From the NCBI GenBank assembly GCA_022703585.1, contig JAKLDJ010000007.1, positions 25,338 to 89,337 on the forward strand: a stretch of DNA of 64,000 nucleotides, given 5' to 3'. Origin of the DNA: Candidatus Omnitrophota bacterium. Its GTDB lineage: Bacteria; Omnitrophota; Gorgyraeia; Zapsychrales; JAKLDJ01. Under the pieces are notes generated by a model. It ran no database searches and had not been told where the DNA came from. It saw nothing but the letters and a program-made list of their open reading frames with translations. Shown piece after piece: positions 36,668-46,073 of the stretch (position 1 is its first letter; each line of letters opens with the position of its first letter). Made by a program: the position numbers and the translations under genes.

Positions 36668-37910
36668 AATACGTAAATTACCGGATTCCGGCGACGTTCA
36701 GGTCCCCATAGGGCCGCAGCATCCTTCGCTTAAGGAGCCCGAGAGTTTTCTTTTAACTCTGCGGGGGGAAAAGATCACGGCCGCGAGTGTGAGATTAGGT
36801 TATAATCACCGGGGAATAGAGAAGGCCTGCGAGGAACGGACCTATATTCAGGATTTGTACTTAATCGAAAGGGTCTGCGGTATTTGTTCGCATGCCCATT
36901 TGACCTGTTTTGTTCAGGCGGTGGAAGAGATTGCGGCGATCGAAGTCCCCAAACGCGCCCAGTATATCCGTGTTGTGGTTGGAGAATTGGAGCGCATTCA
37001 TAGCCATCTTTTGTGGCTGGGGGTAGCGGGCCACGAAATCGGTTTTGATACGTTATTGATGTACAGCTGGCGCGACCGGGAAATTGTTATGGATATCCTG
37101 GCGGATTTAGCCGGTAACCGCGTCCATTACGGAGTGACCACCTACGGCGGGGTGAAACGTGATATTACTCCCGAGCAGATAAAAGATGTCTTAAAGGCGG
37201 TCGATACTCTCGAGGAGAGGACAAAATACTATATTGAACTCGCCAAAAATGAGGAAACGATCATCAAAAGGCTGTCGGGCGTGGGGATGCTTAAACACGA
37301 TGATGCCTTAAGATTAGGCGCGGTCGGGCCAACAGCGCGTGCCGGCGGTGTTGACCGCGATACGCGGCGTGACGATCCTTATGCGGCGTACCCGGAAATG
37401 AAATTCAAAGTGGTAATCGATGACCATGCGGATGTTTACGGCCGTACCTTGGTGCGCATGGGAGAATTGATGGAGGCCTACAGTATTATCCGTCAGGCCC
37501 TGACCAATATGCCTGAAGGGGTGTTTAGGGTGAGGGCGCCGAGGCGCATTCCTGCCGGGGAAGCCACCGGCCGTTACGAGGCGCCGCGGGGTGAAGACGT
37601 GCATTATGTTAAATCAAACGGCAGCGATAAGCCGGAAAGGGTTAAGATCCGGGCTCCGACCTTGGCGAATATCCAGGCTGTCACCCATATGCTCGAGGAT
37701 AGATACTTAGCCGACATGCCCATTGTGGTTGCGGCTATTGATCCCTGTTTTTCCTGCACCGACCGATTGATTGGTATCAAGGATCTGCGCACCGACAAAA
37801 AGCAAACACTGGATTGGGATAATTTACGTCTTTCGGGTATTAAATGGTATCAAAAACGAGGCGTTGATTTCTCGCGGTTGAATGAAAAGCTAAAGAGGTC
37901 ATTTAAATAA
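36657..37910 (+). CDS. mbhL: Group-4 [NiFe] hydrogenase large subunit (MbhL/HycE/NuoD family) with both Ni-Fe cysteine motifs and a C-terminal extension
   Basis: L1 motif ERVCGICSHAH and L2 motif DPCFSCTDR are both present, followed by a ~45-aa C-terminal tail (a substrate for an endopeptidase). Confidence 0.9.
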   Translation: MPNKIRKLPDSGDVQVPIGPQHPSLKEPESFLLTLRGEKITAASVRLGYNHRGIEKACEERTYIQDLYLIERVCGICSHAHLTCFVQAVEEIAAIEVPKRAQYIRVVVGELERIHSHLLWLGVAGHEIGFDTLLMYSWRDREIVMDILADLAGNRVHYGVTTYGGVKRDITPEQIKDVLKAVDTLEERTKYYIELAKNEETIIKRLSGVGMLKHDDALRLGAVGPTARAGGVDRDTRRDDPYAAYPEMKFKVVIDDHADVYGRTLVRMGELMEAYSIIRQALTNMPEGVFRVRAPRRIPAGEATGRYEAPRGEDVHYVKSNGSDKPERVKIRAPTLANIQAVTHMLEDRYLADMPIVVAAIDPCFSCTDRLIGIKDLRTDKKQTLDWDNLRLSGIKWYQKRGVDFSRLNEKLKRSFK

Positions 37911-37912
37911 AA

Positions 37913-38860
37913 ATGGATATCCTCCAGCAGTTGTTTAATATTTTTATATTCCCGGGGCTTTTGTTTTTATTTGTCTTTGCCCTGGCAGCGGAATTTATCG
38001 ACCGGCGGCTTTATGCGCGATTTCAAAACCGCATGGGCCCGCCCTGGTTTCAGCCGCTGGCGGATTTTATTAAACTATTAGCCAAAGAGGACATTATCCC
38101 TCAGGAAGCGGATGTGGCGACGTTTAAGCTGATGCCGGTTCTGGCATTGACCGCGACCGTCACCTCGTTTTTTTATATACCGCTTTGGAATGAACAGGCG
38201 CTGTTTTCTTTTAACGGCGATATCATTGTCGTGTTGTATCTTCTGACTATCCCGACCTTGACGTACTTCTTGGGCGGCTGGTATTCGCGTTCTGTATATT
38301 CGATGATCGGGGCGGTGCGTTCTTTAACCCAGCTTTTTGCCTATGAGGTGCCTTTATTTATGAGCATCTTGGCGTCGGCACTTTTGGCCGGGACCTGGTC
38401 TTTAAGCGGAATGGCTGTTTTTTACAACGATCACCCCTGGTACTGGCTTTTTAATCTCATTGGTTTTGCCACGGCCTTGGTGGCGCTTTTGGGAAAACTG
38501 GAAAAGGTGCCGTTTGATATTCCCGAAGCCGAAACCGAGATCGTGGCCGGAAGTTTTACCGAATACAGCGGCCGAATGCTGGCGCTTTTTAGATTATCGA
38601 TTAATGTCGAGATGGTGGTGGGGGCGTCTCTTTTGGCGGCGGTATTCTTGCCGTTTAGTTTAGACGGCAATCTGGTTTTGGGATTCGCCATTTATCTTTT
38701 TAAGGTTATCTCGATTGTTGCTTTTATTGCTCTGGCCCGCTCGATTTTTGCCAGGTTACGGCTTGACCAGATGATCAATCTTTGCTGGAGATTTTTTGCG
38801 CCCATAGGATTTTTACAGGTGTTGATTAACTTGGCCATTAAAGGATTCTTTTTGAAATGA
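37913..38860 (+). CDS. mbhM: NuoH-like (MbhM-like) membrane subunit
   Basis: 315 aa with the NuoH signature (FIDRRLYARFQNRMGPPWFQPLADFIKLLAKEDI). Confidence 0.9.
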   Translation: MDILQQLFNIFIFPGLLFLFVFALAAEFIDRRLYARFQNRMGPPWFQPLADFIKLLAKEDIIPQEADVATFKLMPVLALTATVTSFFYIPLWNEQALFSFNGDIIVVLYLLTIPTLTYFLGGWYSRSVYSMIGAVRSLTQLFAYEVPLFMSILASALLAGTWSLSGMAVFYNDHPWYWLFNLIGFATALVALLGKLEKVPFDIPEAETEIVAGSFTEYSGRMLALFRLSINVEMVVGASLLAAVFLPFSLDGNLVLGFAIYLFKVISIVAFIALARSIFARLRLDQMINLCWRFFAPIGFLQVLINLAIKGFFLK

Positions 38861-39288
38861 AAACTCCCGGTAAAATCTTGATGCAAGTCCTGGAATCGGT
38901 GGGAAAAAAGCCCGCGACCTTGAACTACCCCCAGGAAAAACCGCCCATGGCCAAAGGATTCCGGGGAAAGTTGAAATTTAAACCCGAAGCCTGCGTGGGA
39001 TGTATGCTGTGCACCAAAGATTGCCCGTCGGGCGCGATTCAAATCAAAAAGCTCGGCGAAAAACAATTTCAATGCGAAATCGACTTAAGCAAATGTATCT
39101 ACTGCGCCCAGTGCGTGGAATCCTGCGCTCGCAAGGCCCTGGAATATACGGATGAATTTGAACTCGCCAACATTGACCGCGGCAAATTAAAGATCGTCTA
39201 TAGCGCCCAACCTCCAGCTAATACCCAGCCTCCAACCAATGTCCAGCCCTCAACCAATGCCCAGCCTCAAGACCCAACTCAAAAGTAG
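38857..39288 (+). CDS. mbhN: NuoI-like 2x[4Fe-4S] ferredoxin subunit (MbhN-like) with a low-complexity Q/P/T/N tail
   Basis: Two CxxCxxCxxxCP motifs (CVGCMLCTKDCP, CIYCAQCVESCA). The C-terminal tail is PPANTQPPTNVQPSTNAQPQDPTQK, from a short nucleotide tandem repeat. Confidence 0.85.
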   Translation: MKTPGKILMQVLESVGKKPATLNYPQEKPPMAKGFRGKLKFKPEACVGCMLCTKDCPSGAIQIKKLGEKQFQCEIDLSKCIYCAQCVESCARKALEYTDEFELANIDRGKLKIVYSAQPPANTQPPTNVQPSTNAQPQDPTQK

Positions 39289-39757
39289 GCTTGCAAAAGC
39301 AAAAAGAATCGTTATCTTAGGCGTCGGTTCCGAACTTCGCGGCGATGACGTCGCCGGCATGCTGGTTGTGAAAACTTTAAAAAAAAGCCTTAGCGGAAAC
39401 AAGAAAATAGTCCCGATTAAAATTATTTTCGGCGGTGTCTCCCCGGAGAATTTTACCGGTGCGATAAAGCGATTCAAGCCGTCGCACTTGGTCATTATTG
39501 ATTCCGCGGATTTAGGCCGCAAGGCCGGAACGGTTGATTTTCTTGACGTTCAGAATATCGGCGGGGTAACGTTTAATACCCATAAACTGCCCACTCGGTT
39601 TATGGTCGAATATCTTTTAGTCTCCGAAAAATTCTCGGTCACCATAATCGGCATTCAGCCCAAGACTATTTCGTTTATGGCCCCCGTATCCCAACAAGCC
39701 AAAAAAGCGGTAGGAAGCCTCGCGGGTACCTTGAAGTCGATTTTGACACATCAGTAG
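39257..39757 (+). CDS. hycI: Hydrogenase maturation endopeptidase (HycI/HyaD family)
   Basis: RIVILGVGSELRGDDVAGMLV...VIIDSADLG is the HycI/HybD fold. The start is ambiguous and overlaps the mbhN 3' end; the listed ORF starts at 39239. Confidence 0.75.
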   Translation: MPSLKTQLKSRLAKAKRIVILGVGSELRGDDVAGMLVVKTLKKSLSGNKKIVPIKIIFGGVSPENFTGAIKRFKPSHLVIIDSADLGRKAGTVDFLDVQNIGGVTFNTHKLPTRFMVEYLLVSEKFSVTIIGIQPKTISFMAPVSQQAKKAVGSLAGTLKSILTHQ

Positions 39758-39781
39758 ATTCCCGGCATGGGCAAAATATTC

Positions 39782-39810
39782 TTGCCATCCTAAGGGCAGG
39801 ACTATATAAT
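39782..39810 (+). promoter_or_regulatory. Candidate sigma70 promoter for trxA (TTGCCA, 17-nt spacer, TATAAT)
   Basis: Reads cTTGCCAtcctaagggcaggactaTATAATtaa. Confidence 0.45.
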
Positions 39811-39863
39811 TAATACTCTTACTATTATATTAACGAAGCGGCACGCTGAGGAGGAATGGGCCC

Positions 39864-40184
39864 ATGGGTTTAGTGCACTTGACGCAAAAGAATTTTGAGG
39901 AGGAAGTCTTAAAATCAAAGATACCGGTTTTGGTTGATTTCTGGGCGGAGTGGTGCGGGCCCTGCCGGATGATCGCTCCCGCGGTTGACCAGCTTGCGGA
40001 GGAATTTTCCGGGAAATTTAAAGTCGCCAAGGTCAATGTCGATGAGGCGCAGGATCTGGCCATGCAGTACAGTGTCATGTCCATCCCGACTTTGATGATC
40101 TTTAAAGAGGGAAAAGTGGCGGATATGGTCGTTGGCGCTTTAGGCAAAGAGCAGCTTGCCAAGAAGATGAAGCAGAATTTATAA
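39864..40184 (+). CDS. trxA: Thioredoxin
   Basis: 106 aa with the WCGPC active site. Confidence 0.9.
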   Translation: MGLVHLTQKNFEEEVLKSKIPVLVDFWAEWCGPCRMIAPAVDQLAEEFSGKFKVAKVNVDEAQDLAMQYSVMSIPTLMIFKEGKVADMVVGALGKEQLAKKMKQNL

Positions 40185-40210
40185 ATTGATTTCGTCTGAG
40201 GATTTCAACA

Positions 40211-40720
40211 ATGAGCAAAAAAATCCTCATGGTTATTGCCAGCAAGAATTTTCGGGATGAGGAATTATTGGTTCCAAAATCCCTTTTTGAGAAAAATAGC
40301 TTTGACGTTGTTATTGCCAGTTCGTCTTTGAATCCATCGCGGGGCGTATTGGGCACAATCGTAACGCCGTCGATTTTGCTAAGGGATGTTAAGGCTAATG
40401 ATTACGACGCGGTTATTTTTGTGGGCGGAAACGGTGCCAGCGAATACTGGAAAGATGCAACCGCTCACCGTGTTGCCCAAGAGTTTGCCGGAGAAGAAAA
40501 AATTGTCGCTGCGATCTGTATCGCGCCGGTGACTTTGGCTAACGCCGGTTTATTAAAGGGCAAGAAGGCGACGGTTTGGCCTTCGGAAGCGGGGGCATTG
40601 AGCAAGCAAGGCGCCCTGATGGACAAGGGCGATGTTGTCCAGGACGGCCATTGTATTACCGCGAACGGCCCCAAGGCGGCCGCGCCATTCGCCGAAACAA
40701 TCATAAGGAGTTTGAAATAA
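40211..40720 (+). CDS. DJ-1/PfpI-family protein
   Basis: 169 aa, class-I glutamine-amidotransferase-like fold (…DAVIFVGGNG…AAICIAPVTLANAGLL…). Confidence 0.75.
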   Translation: MSKKILMVIASKNFRDEELLVPKSLFEKNSFDVVIASSSLNPSRGVLGTIVTPSILLRDVKANDYDAVIFVGGNGASEYWKDATAHRVAQEFAGEEKIVAAICIAPVTLANAGLLKGKKATVWPSEAGALSKQGALMDKGDVVQDGHCITANGPKAAAPFAETIIRSLK

Positions 40721-40721
40721 A

Positions 40722-41072
40722 ATGCTGATTACTATCTGCAAATCCAAGATTACCAATGCCACGATCACCCAAACCGAATTATATTATCAGGGCAGTATTA
40801 CCGTCGATGAAAAGCTGTTGAAGGCGGTTAATATTATCCCCGGCGAGAAAGTGGAAGTCCTTAATATCAATAATGGCGCCCGGATTGAGACCTACACGAT
40901 TGCCGGCAAGGCCGGTTCGGGCCAGGTTTGCTTGAACGGCCCGGCGGCGCGCTCAGGATGCGTGGGTGATAAATTGATTATCCTCAGTTATTGCCTGGCT
41001 GAACCCAAAGAAGCTTCGACGTATACGATGAAAGTTATTTCTCTCGATGATAGCAACAAAATTAAAAATTAG
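40722..41072 (+). CDS. panD: Aspartate 1-decarboxylase
   Basis: MLITICKSKITNATITQTELYYQGSITVDE matches the PanD N-terminus, including the self-processing Gly-Ser site. Confidence 0.85.
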   Translation: MLITICKSKITNATITQTELYYQGSITVDEKLLKAVNIIPGEKVEVLNINNGARIETYTIAGKAGSGQVCLNGPAARSGCVGDKLIILSYCLAEPKEASTYTMKVISLDDSNKIKN

Positions 41073-41568
41073 ACTTTGTTCCGATCCCTGCCTGCGCAAG
41101 AAATCCGTGCCCATCAAAGCGGTTGACGCCAGCACGCGGTTGTTGATTACCTCAATGCTGGAGACGATGTATGACGGCAAGGGCATCGGCCTTGCCGCGC
41201 CCCAGGTCGGCATCAATGAACGCCTCATCGTGGTGGATATCGGAGACGGGCCGGTCGCGCTTATTAATCCTAAGATCACCAAAAGAAGCGGCCAGGATAT
41301 CATGGAAGAGGGGTGTTTAAGCGTTCCGGGAATTGTTGTGGAGATTAAGCGTCCGGCAAAAATAAGGGTTGAATATTTGGATGAAAACAATCAGCCCCAG
41401 GCCCAAGACTTGGCCGGATTGATGGCCAGGGTTGTCTTGCACGAAACCGATCATTTAAACGGCAAGCTGATTATCGATTATGCCTCCTGGGCTCAGAAAT
41501 TGAAGTTTAAAAAGAAGCTTAAAGAAATCAAAAAGAACAGCGTAACGAATTCCCCGGTAAATTTCTAA
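41047..41568 (+). CDS. def: Peptide deformylase
   Basis: The three Def motifs GIGLAAPQVG, EGCLSVPG and HETDHLNG are present. The start overlaps the panD 3' end by about 25 nt. Confidence 0.85.
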   Translation: MIATKLKIRLCSDPCLRKKSVPIKAVDASTRLLITSMLETMYDGKGIGLAAPQVGINERLIVVDIGDGPVALINPKITKRSGQDIMEEGCLSVPGIVVEIKRPAKIRVEYLDENNQPQAQDLAGLMARVVLHETDHLNGKLIIDYASWAQKLKFKKKLKEIKKNSVTNSPVNF

Positions 41569-42473
41569 TGCCTACAGAAGCAAGTGCCTTGGCTTCCATC
41601 TCCTTACCGCCGTGGTTTAAGCAGCAGATTCCCGATGCACAACATATAGAAAGAATGCACCGTCTTCTTAAGGCGGGTGATCTGGCTACGGTTTGTGAAG
41701 GTGCTCATTGCCCGAACTTAGGCGAGTGTTGGGCCCGTGGCACGGCGACATTTATGATCCTGGGAAACATTTGTACGCGTGCCTGCCGGTTTTGCGCGGT
41801 TAAAAACGGGACGCCGTTAGAAATAGACGAACAGGAACCGCACGCAGTTGCCGCAGCGGTTAAGAAATTAAATTTGCGCTACGTTGTTGTTACTTCGGTA
41901 ACGCGTGACGATCTTCCCGACGCCGGTGCCGGGCATTTCGCACAAACGATTCAGGAAATCAGGGCACAAAATCCGCAAGCCAAGATTGAGGTCTTGATTC
42001 CGGATTTGGGTGGAAAAATAGAGAATTTAAAGATTATGGCCGATCAGGCGCCGGAAGTGATCGGCCATAATCTGGAAACAGTTTCGCGGCTTACGAAAAG
42101 CGTTAGGCCTGCGGCCGATTACCGCCGGTCGCTAAGAATTTTGGAAAGTATCAAGGACTTGGCTTCAGGTATATTGGTAAAGTCCGGGTTTATGGTTGGT
42201 TTAGGTGAGACGCATGAAGAAATTATTGAGCTCATGCGTGATTTGCGCGATGCCGGTTGCGATATTTTAACTATCGGCCAGTATTTGGCGCCGTCAAAGA
42301 CCGAAAGGCATTTTGCCGTTAAAAGGTTTCTGGAGCCTAAAGAATTTGAAGATTACCGCCTAATGGCTTTAAACTTAGGTTTTAAATATGTTGCCAGCGC
42401 GCCCTTGGTGCGTAGCTCGTATAAAGCGGAAGAGGCGTATCAGGCGGCCTGCCGCAGCGTGAACCGTGTATAA
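41568..42473 (+). CDS. lipA: Lipoyl synthase
   Basis: Radical-SAM CTRACRFC plus the auxiliary cluster motif CEGAHCPNLGEC. Confidence 0.9.
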   Translation: MPTEASALASISLPPWFKQQIPDAQHIERMHRLLKAGDLATVCEGAHCPNLGECWARGTATFMILGNICTRACRFCAVKNGTPLEIDEQEPHAVAAAVKKLNLRYVVVTSVTRDDLPDAGAGHFAQTIQEIRAQNPQAKIEVLIPDLGGKIENLKIMADQAPEVIGHNLETVSRLTKSVRPAADYRRSLRILESIKDLASGILVKSGFMVGLGETHEEIIELMRDLRDAGCDILTIGQYLAPSKTERHFAVKRFLEPKEFEDYRLMALNLGFKYVASAPLVRSSYKAEEAYQAACRSVNRV

Positions 42474-42507
42474 AAAATAACGATTACCCAGTAAAGGAAC
42501 TTTACGT

Positions 42508-43470
42508 ATGGCCTTAAATGAAAAGTTAAAGAATGTTTTGTCGCTATTGCTGCGCATAGGTTTGAGCGTCCTTCTTTTGGCATATCTTTTTTCCAAGATC
42601 GATACCAGCAAAATGTTAGACGCCGTCAAGAATGCCGATTTGCGCTATTTCTTTGCGGCCATGTTTATCTTTATCGCTATTAACTTTCTGCTGCTTTTCC
42701 GTTGGACAGTTTTTATCCGGGCTTTGGGACTTACGGTGCCTTTTAAGAGCATTGCCAATTGTTTTTTTATCGGCCTGTTCTTTAACCTCTTTTTGCCCAG
42801 CTCGACGGGCGGGGATATTGTTAAGACCATAGGGCTTTTTAGGGACACACCCGAAAAGGCGAAGGTAGTGGCGTCGGTGGTGGTGGACCGTTTGAGCGGT
42901 TTTGCCTCGATTGTTTTAGTGGCGCTGGTTTCTTTTGCGTTCGGCTACAGGATTTTAAACGATAATTCTCTTCTTGTGTCGATTGCGGTTTTGGCGTTGT
43001 TTTGTTTTGCGGTTATCTTGGTTCTATTCAATGAAAAATTATTTTCGTTTGTTTTTGGGATGTTTAACCGGTTTCCGAAGATCAAAGAAAAGCTTATGAG
43101 CTTGCACTATTCGGTGGCCTTACTTAAAGGGAAACCTCAGGCCCTGTTAAAAGCGGTTGCCCTGTCCTGCTTATCGCAAACAATTTTAGCATTTATATTT
43201 TCTTTGCTTGCTAAAAGCTTTCATCAGGATATTCCGGTTCTCTACTTCTTGATCTTTGTCCCGATCCTTTGCGTGATTTCATCTTTGCCGTCCATAGGAG
43301 GCCTGGGCGTTCGCGATGCCGGCGGGGTATATTTATTTGCCAAGATCGGCGTTGAGTCCAGCCTCGCGGTCAGCATTACCCTGATTAGCTTTTTGTTTAT
43401 GGTCATCGTCGGTCTTTTGGGCGGGATCGTATACATTTTTGCTATGCCTTCGAAACGTCCGGGAAATTAG
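42508..43470 (+). CDS. Lysylphosphatidylglycerol-synthase-TM-region-like (flippase-like, UPF0104) membrane protein
   Basis: 320 aa polytopic protein with the family motif FFIGLFFNLFLPSSTGGDIVKT. Confidence 0.65.
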   Translation: MALNEKLKNVLSLLLRIGLSVLLLAYLFSKIDTSKMLDAVKNADLRYFFAAMFIFIAINFLLLFRWTVFIRALGLTVPFKSIANCFFIGLFFNLFLPSSTGGDIVKTIGLFRDTPEKAKVVASVVVDRLSGFASIVLVALVSFAFGYRILNDNSLLVSIAVLALFCFAVILVLFNEKLFSFVFGMFNRFPKIKEKLMSLHYSVALLKGKPQALLKAVALSCLSQTILAFIFSLLAKSFHQDIPVLYFLIFVPILCVISSLPSIGGLGVRDAGGVYLFAKIGVESSLAVSITLISFLFMVIVGLLGGIVYIFAMPSKRPGN

Positions 43471-43514
43471 CGCTCTTTGCGCCGGCGGCCTAACTTAGAA
43501 TTTCCAAAACCCGT

Positions 43515-44015
43515 ATGTCACTTCAATATATCCTTGACGGTTATAATATTATCAAGCAAATTCCTCCCCTAAAGCTTAAAAAACTCCGGGACGGCCGCGA
43601 TAGCCTGGTGAGTTTAATCGAAATCTATCGGCCGCAAGGGAGCATCAAAAACAGCGTGACAATCGTTTTTGACGGCCAATCAGGAATCATCGGTTATCCG
43701 AATCCCTTGGCGGTCAAGGTCTTGTTTTCCAGCGACGAATCGGCGGATGATAAGATAAAGCGTATCGTATCGGAATCAAACCGCAAAAAAGAAACCATTG
43801 TCGTGACCGATGACCGGGAATTGCAGTTTTCCGTGCGCCTGTTGGGCGCTAAAATTCTAAGTGTTGCCGATTTTCTGGCCCAGGCCAAGGGGCAGGGAGG
43901 GGAGGGGCCGGCTTCGAAAGGTCAAAAGCCGAAAGCTTGGGATGAAAAAACAATATCCAAAACTCTTGAATACAAAATTAATTCGGAATTTGAAAAAATC
44001 TGGCTTAAAAAATGA
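43515..44015 (+). CDS. NYN-domain protein (YacP/Rae1-like putative ribonuclease)
   Basis: ILDGYNII...VTIVFDG...SADDKIKRI...IVVTDD parallels the YacP/Rae1 motifs (DGYN, VVFDA, ADERI, ATSD). Confidence 0.6.
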   Translation: MSLQYILDGYNIIKQIPPLKLKKLRDGRDSLVSLIEIYRPQGSIKNSVTIVFDGQSGIIGYPNPLAVKVLFSSDESADDKIKRIVSESNRKKETIVVTDDRELQFSVRLLGAKILSVADFLAQAKGQGGEGPASKGQKPKAWDEKTISKTLEYKINSEFEKIWLKK

Positions 44016-44791
44016 CACCAAGCCCGCTACCACAAACTAATTTTATAGAATTCTTAGGAACGGCAGGCGCCCGTTATGTCACCATCAGCCAGACACGCGC
44101 CTCGGGCGGGATATGGATTTCTTTTGAAGGCACGAATCTTCTTATCGACCCGGGCCCGGGGAGCCTTATCAAATGCCTTGAGGCGGTGCCGAAGCTTGAG
44201 CCTTCTACCTTAGACGGGATTATTGTTACCCACAAGCACATTGACCACTGCAATGATATCAATATCATGATTGAGGCCATGACCCTTGGCGGTTCAAAGA
44301 AAAAGGGAAAAGTTTTTGTGCCGCAGGATATGCTGGACGAGGATTCGATGCTGCGAAAATATGCCTGTGCGCTTCCCGAAGAAATTATTTCTTTAAAGGA
44401 AAACGGTGATTACACTTTGGGTTCAATAAGCTTTTCGACGCCGCTACGCCACGTGCATCCCGTCGAAACTTACGGACTTAAATTTCGTTTTAAAGAAAGA
44501 ACAGTTTCGTTTGTCGCGGATGCCCGTTATTCGGATACGATGGCAAGCTGTTACAAGGGCGATATCCTCATCCTTAATACGGTTTTAGTCCAACCTTTCG
44601 AGCATGTTGATCATTTAAACATCAAAGATGCCGGCCGGTTGATCGCGGATATCCGTCCGCAAAAAGCTATTCTCACCCATTTCGGGAGGGAGCTTTTAAA
44701 CAAGGGCCCGGAAACCTTCGCCCGGCAGCTAACCGGAGAAACCGGCATCGAGGTCATCGCGGCTACGGACGGGATGATGGTGGGATTGTAA
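44012..44791 (+). CDS. MBL-fold metallo-hydrolase
   Basis: HxHxDH motif (VTHKHIDHCNDI). The start overlaps the upstream stop. Confidence 0.8.
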   Translation: MTPSPLPQTNFIEFLGTAGARYVTISQTRASGGIWISFEGTNLLIDPGPGSLIKCLEAVPKLEPSTLDGIIVTHKHIDHCNDINIMIEAMTLGGSKKKGKVFVPQDMLDEDSMLRKYACALPEEIISLKENGDYTLGSISFSTPLRHVHPVETYGLKFRFKERTVSFVADARYSDTMASCYKGDILILNTVLVQPFEHVDHLNIKDAGRLIADIRPQKAILTHFGRELLNKGPETFARQLTGETGIEVIAATDGMMVGL

Positions 44792-44916
44792 ATTTGCCGG
44801 AAAAATAAAAAATGTTCACGGGCGAAAATATTTTCTAAAAACGCCTTCTTCGATTATAATAGATAAACACTGACGGTTATTTTAAGTATAAAAATTAATA
44901 TTCATCTTAATTTATT

Positions 44917-45687
44917 ATGAAACATCTTATTGAATATATTTTTGGGTTTATTATCGGCCTTGGCAATGCCCTTTTTTTCTTGGGGGAAGTGCTGGCGCAT
45001 ATCGTGAGGGGACATGTGCGCATCAAGGAAGTCCTCAAACAAATTTACGAGCAAGGGATACAATCGATTGTCATTATCGCGCTTACCTCTTTTGCCACGG
45101 GGATGGTTTTGGCATTGCAGGGTTATCTGATGCTCGAGCGCTTTGGGGCGAAGGAATATGTGGCGCATTTAGTTGCCCTATCGCTGGTGCGGGAATTAAG
45201 CCCGGTTTTTGGGGCGCTTATTTTTTCCGGCAAAGCCGGGGCCAAGATGGCCGCGGAATTGGGCTCCATGAGCGTCAACGACCAAGTCCTGGCTACGCGG
45301 ACGATGGGGGTTGACCCGGTGGAATTTTTAATCGTGCCGCGCATGGTGGCGGCTTTTTTTGTTTTGCCCATTCTCGTTGTTCTTTCCGAAGTCCTTGGCA
45401 TCGCTGGCGGGTATATCGTTGGAATCTCGGAGGCGAATATTCCGGGCTCGTTTTATCTTAACCGGACCCTGGCGGCCGTCGGATACGTGGATTTTTTTAG
45501 CGGTTTTATCAAAACATTCTTTTTCGCGATTTTGATCGGCTGGGTTTGCTGTTATCAGGGATTTAAGACGCGCGGCGGCTCTCTGGGGGTCGGGCGTTTT
45601 ACGACCAGGGCGGTCGCCTTTTCGTATATCCTGATTGTTTTATCCAATGCCTTGTTGACAAAAATTATTTTAACCCTGTGGGGATAG
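44917..45687 (+). CDS. mlaE: MlaE-family ABC transporter permease
   Basis: 256 aa, MlaE/YrbE signature region (…LVRELSPVFGALIFSGKAGAKMAAELGSMSVNDQVLA…). Confidence 0.85.
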   Translation: MKHLIEYIFGFIIGLGNALFFLGEVLAHIVRGHVRIKEVLKQIYEQGIQSIVIIALTSFATGMVLALQGYLMLERFGAKEYVAHLVALSLVRELSPVFGALIFSGKAGAKMAAELGSMSVNDQVLATRTMGVDPVEFLIVPRMVAAFFVLPILVVLSEVLGIAGGYIVGISEANIPGSFYLNRTLAAVGYVDFFSGFIKTFFFAILIGWVCCYQGFKTRGGSLGVGRFTTRAVAFSYILIVLSNALLTKIILTLWG

Positions 45688-45726
45688 AGAGATATTTTGA
45701 TAAGCTTATTTTCTAAGGAGGCAGAT

Positions 45727-46071
45727 GTGAAATTTTTAGGCAGAATATTGATCAGCATTTCTTTATTATCTTTTGCGGTTATCGGTTTGGGCGGATGCGA
45801 AACTCCTCATTCCGGCAGAAATTATGCGTTTAGTACCCGCGCTGTTCCCCTGGAGCCGGAGTGGATCAGAAACGGCGAACCTGTCGAATTCGAAGGGGAA
45901 TTGTGGTTTCCGGCGGACTCGGTAGAGAATCTGTTGGATACGGAAGTCTATCAGGTTGGCGAATATAAGGGCGTTCCCATTTTTATCGAACTGACGGATG
46001 TTCGGCCCTACGACAGGATTTATACGCGTTTTGCCAAGCACAAATTCAGATTTTTTGAGAAAAAAGGGTAA
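45727..46071 (+). CDS. Small lipoprotein of unknown function (GTG start)
   Basis: RBS aaggagg, then GTG. Signal peptide ends in the lipobox …FAVIGLGGC. The listed ORF starts at an upstream ATG, 45697. Confidence 0.5.
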   Translation: MKFLGRILISISLLSFAVIGLGGCETPHSGRNYAFSTRAVPLEPEWIRNGEPVEFEGELWFPADSVENLLDTEVYQVGEYKGVPIFIELTDVRPYDRIYTRFAKHKFRFFEKKG

Positions 46072-46073
46072 AC

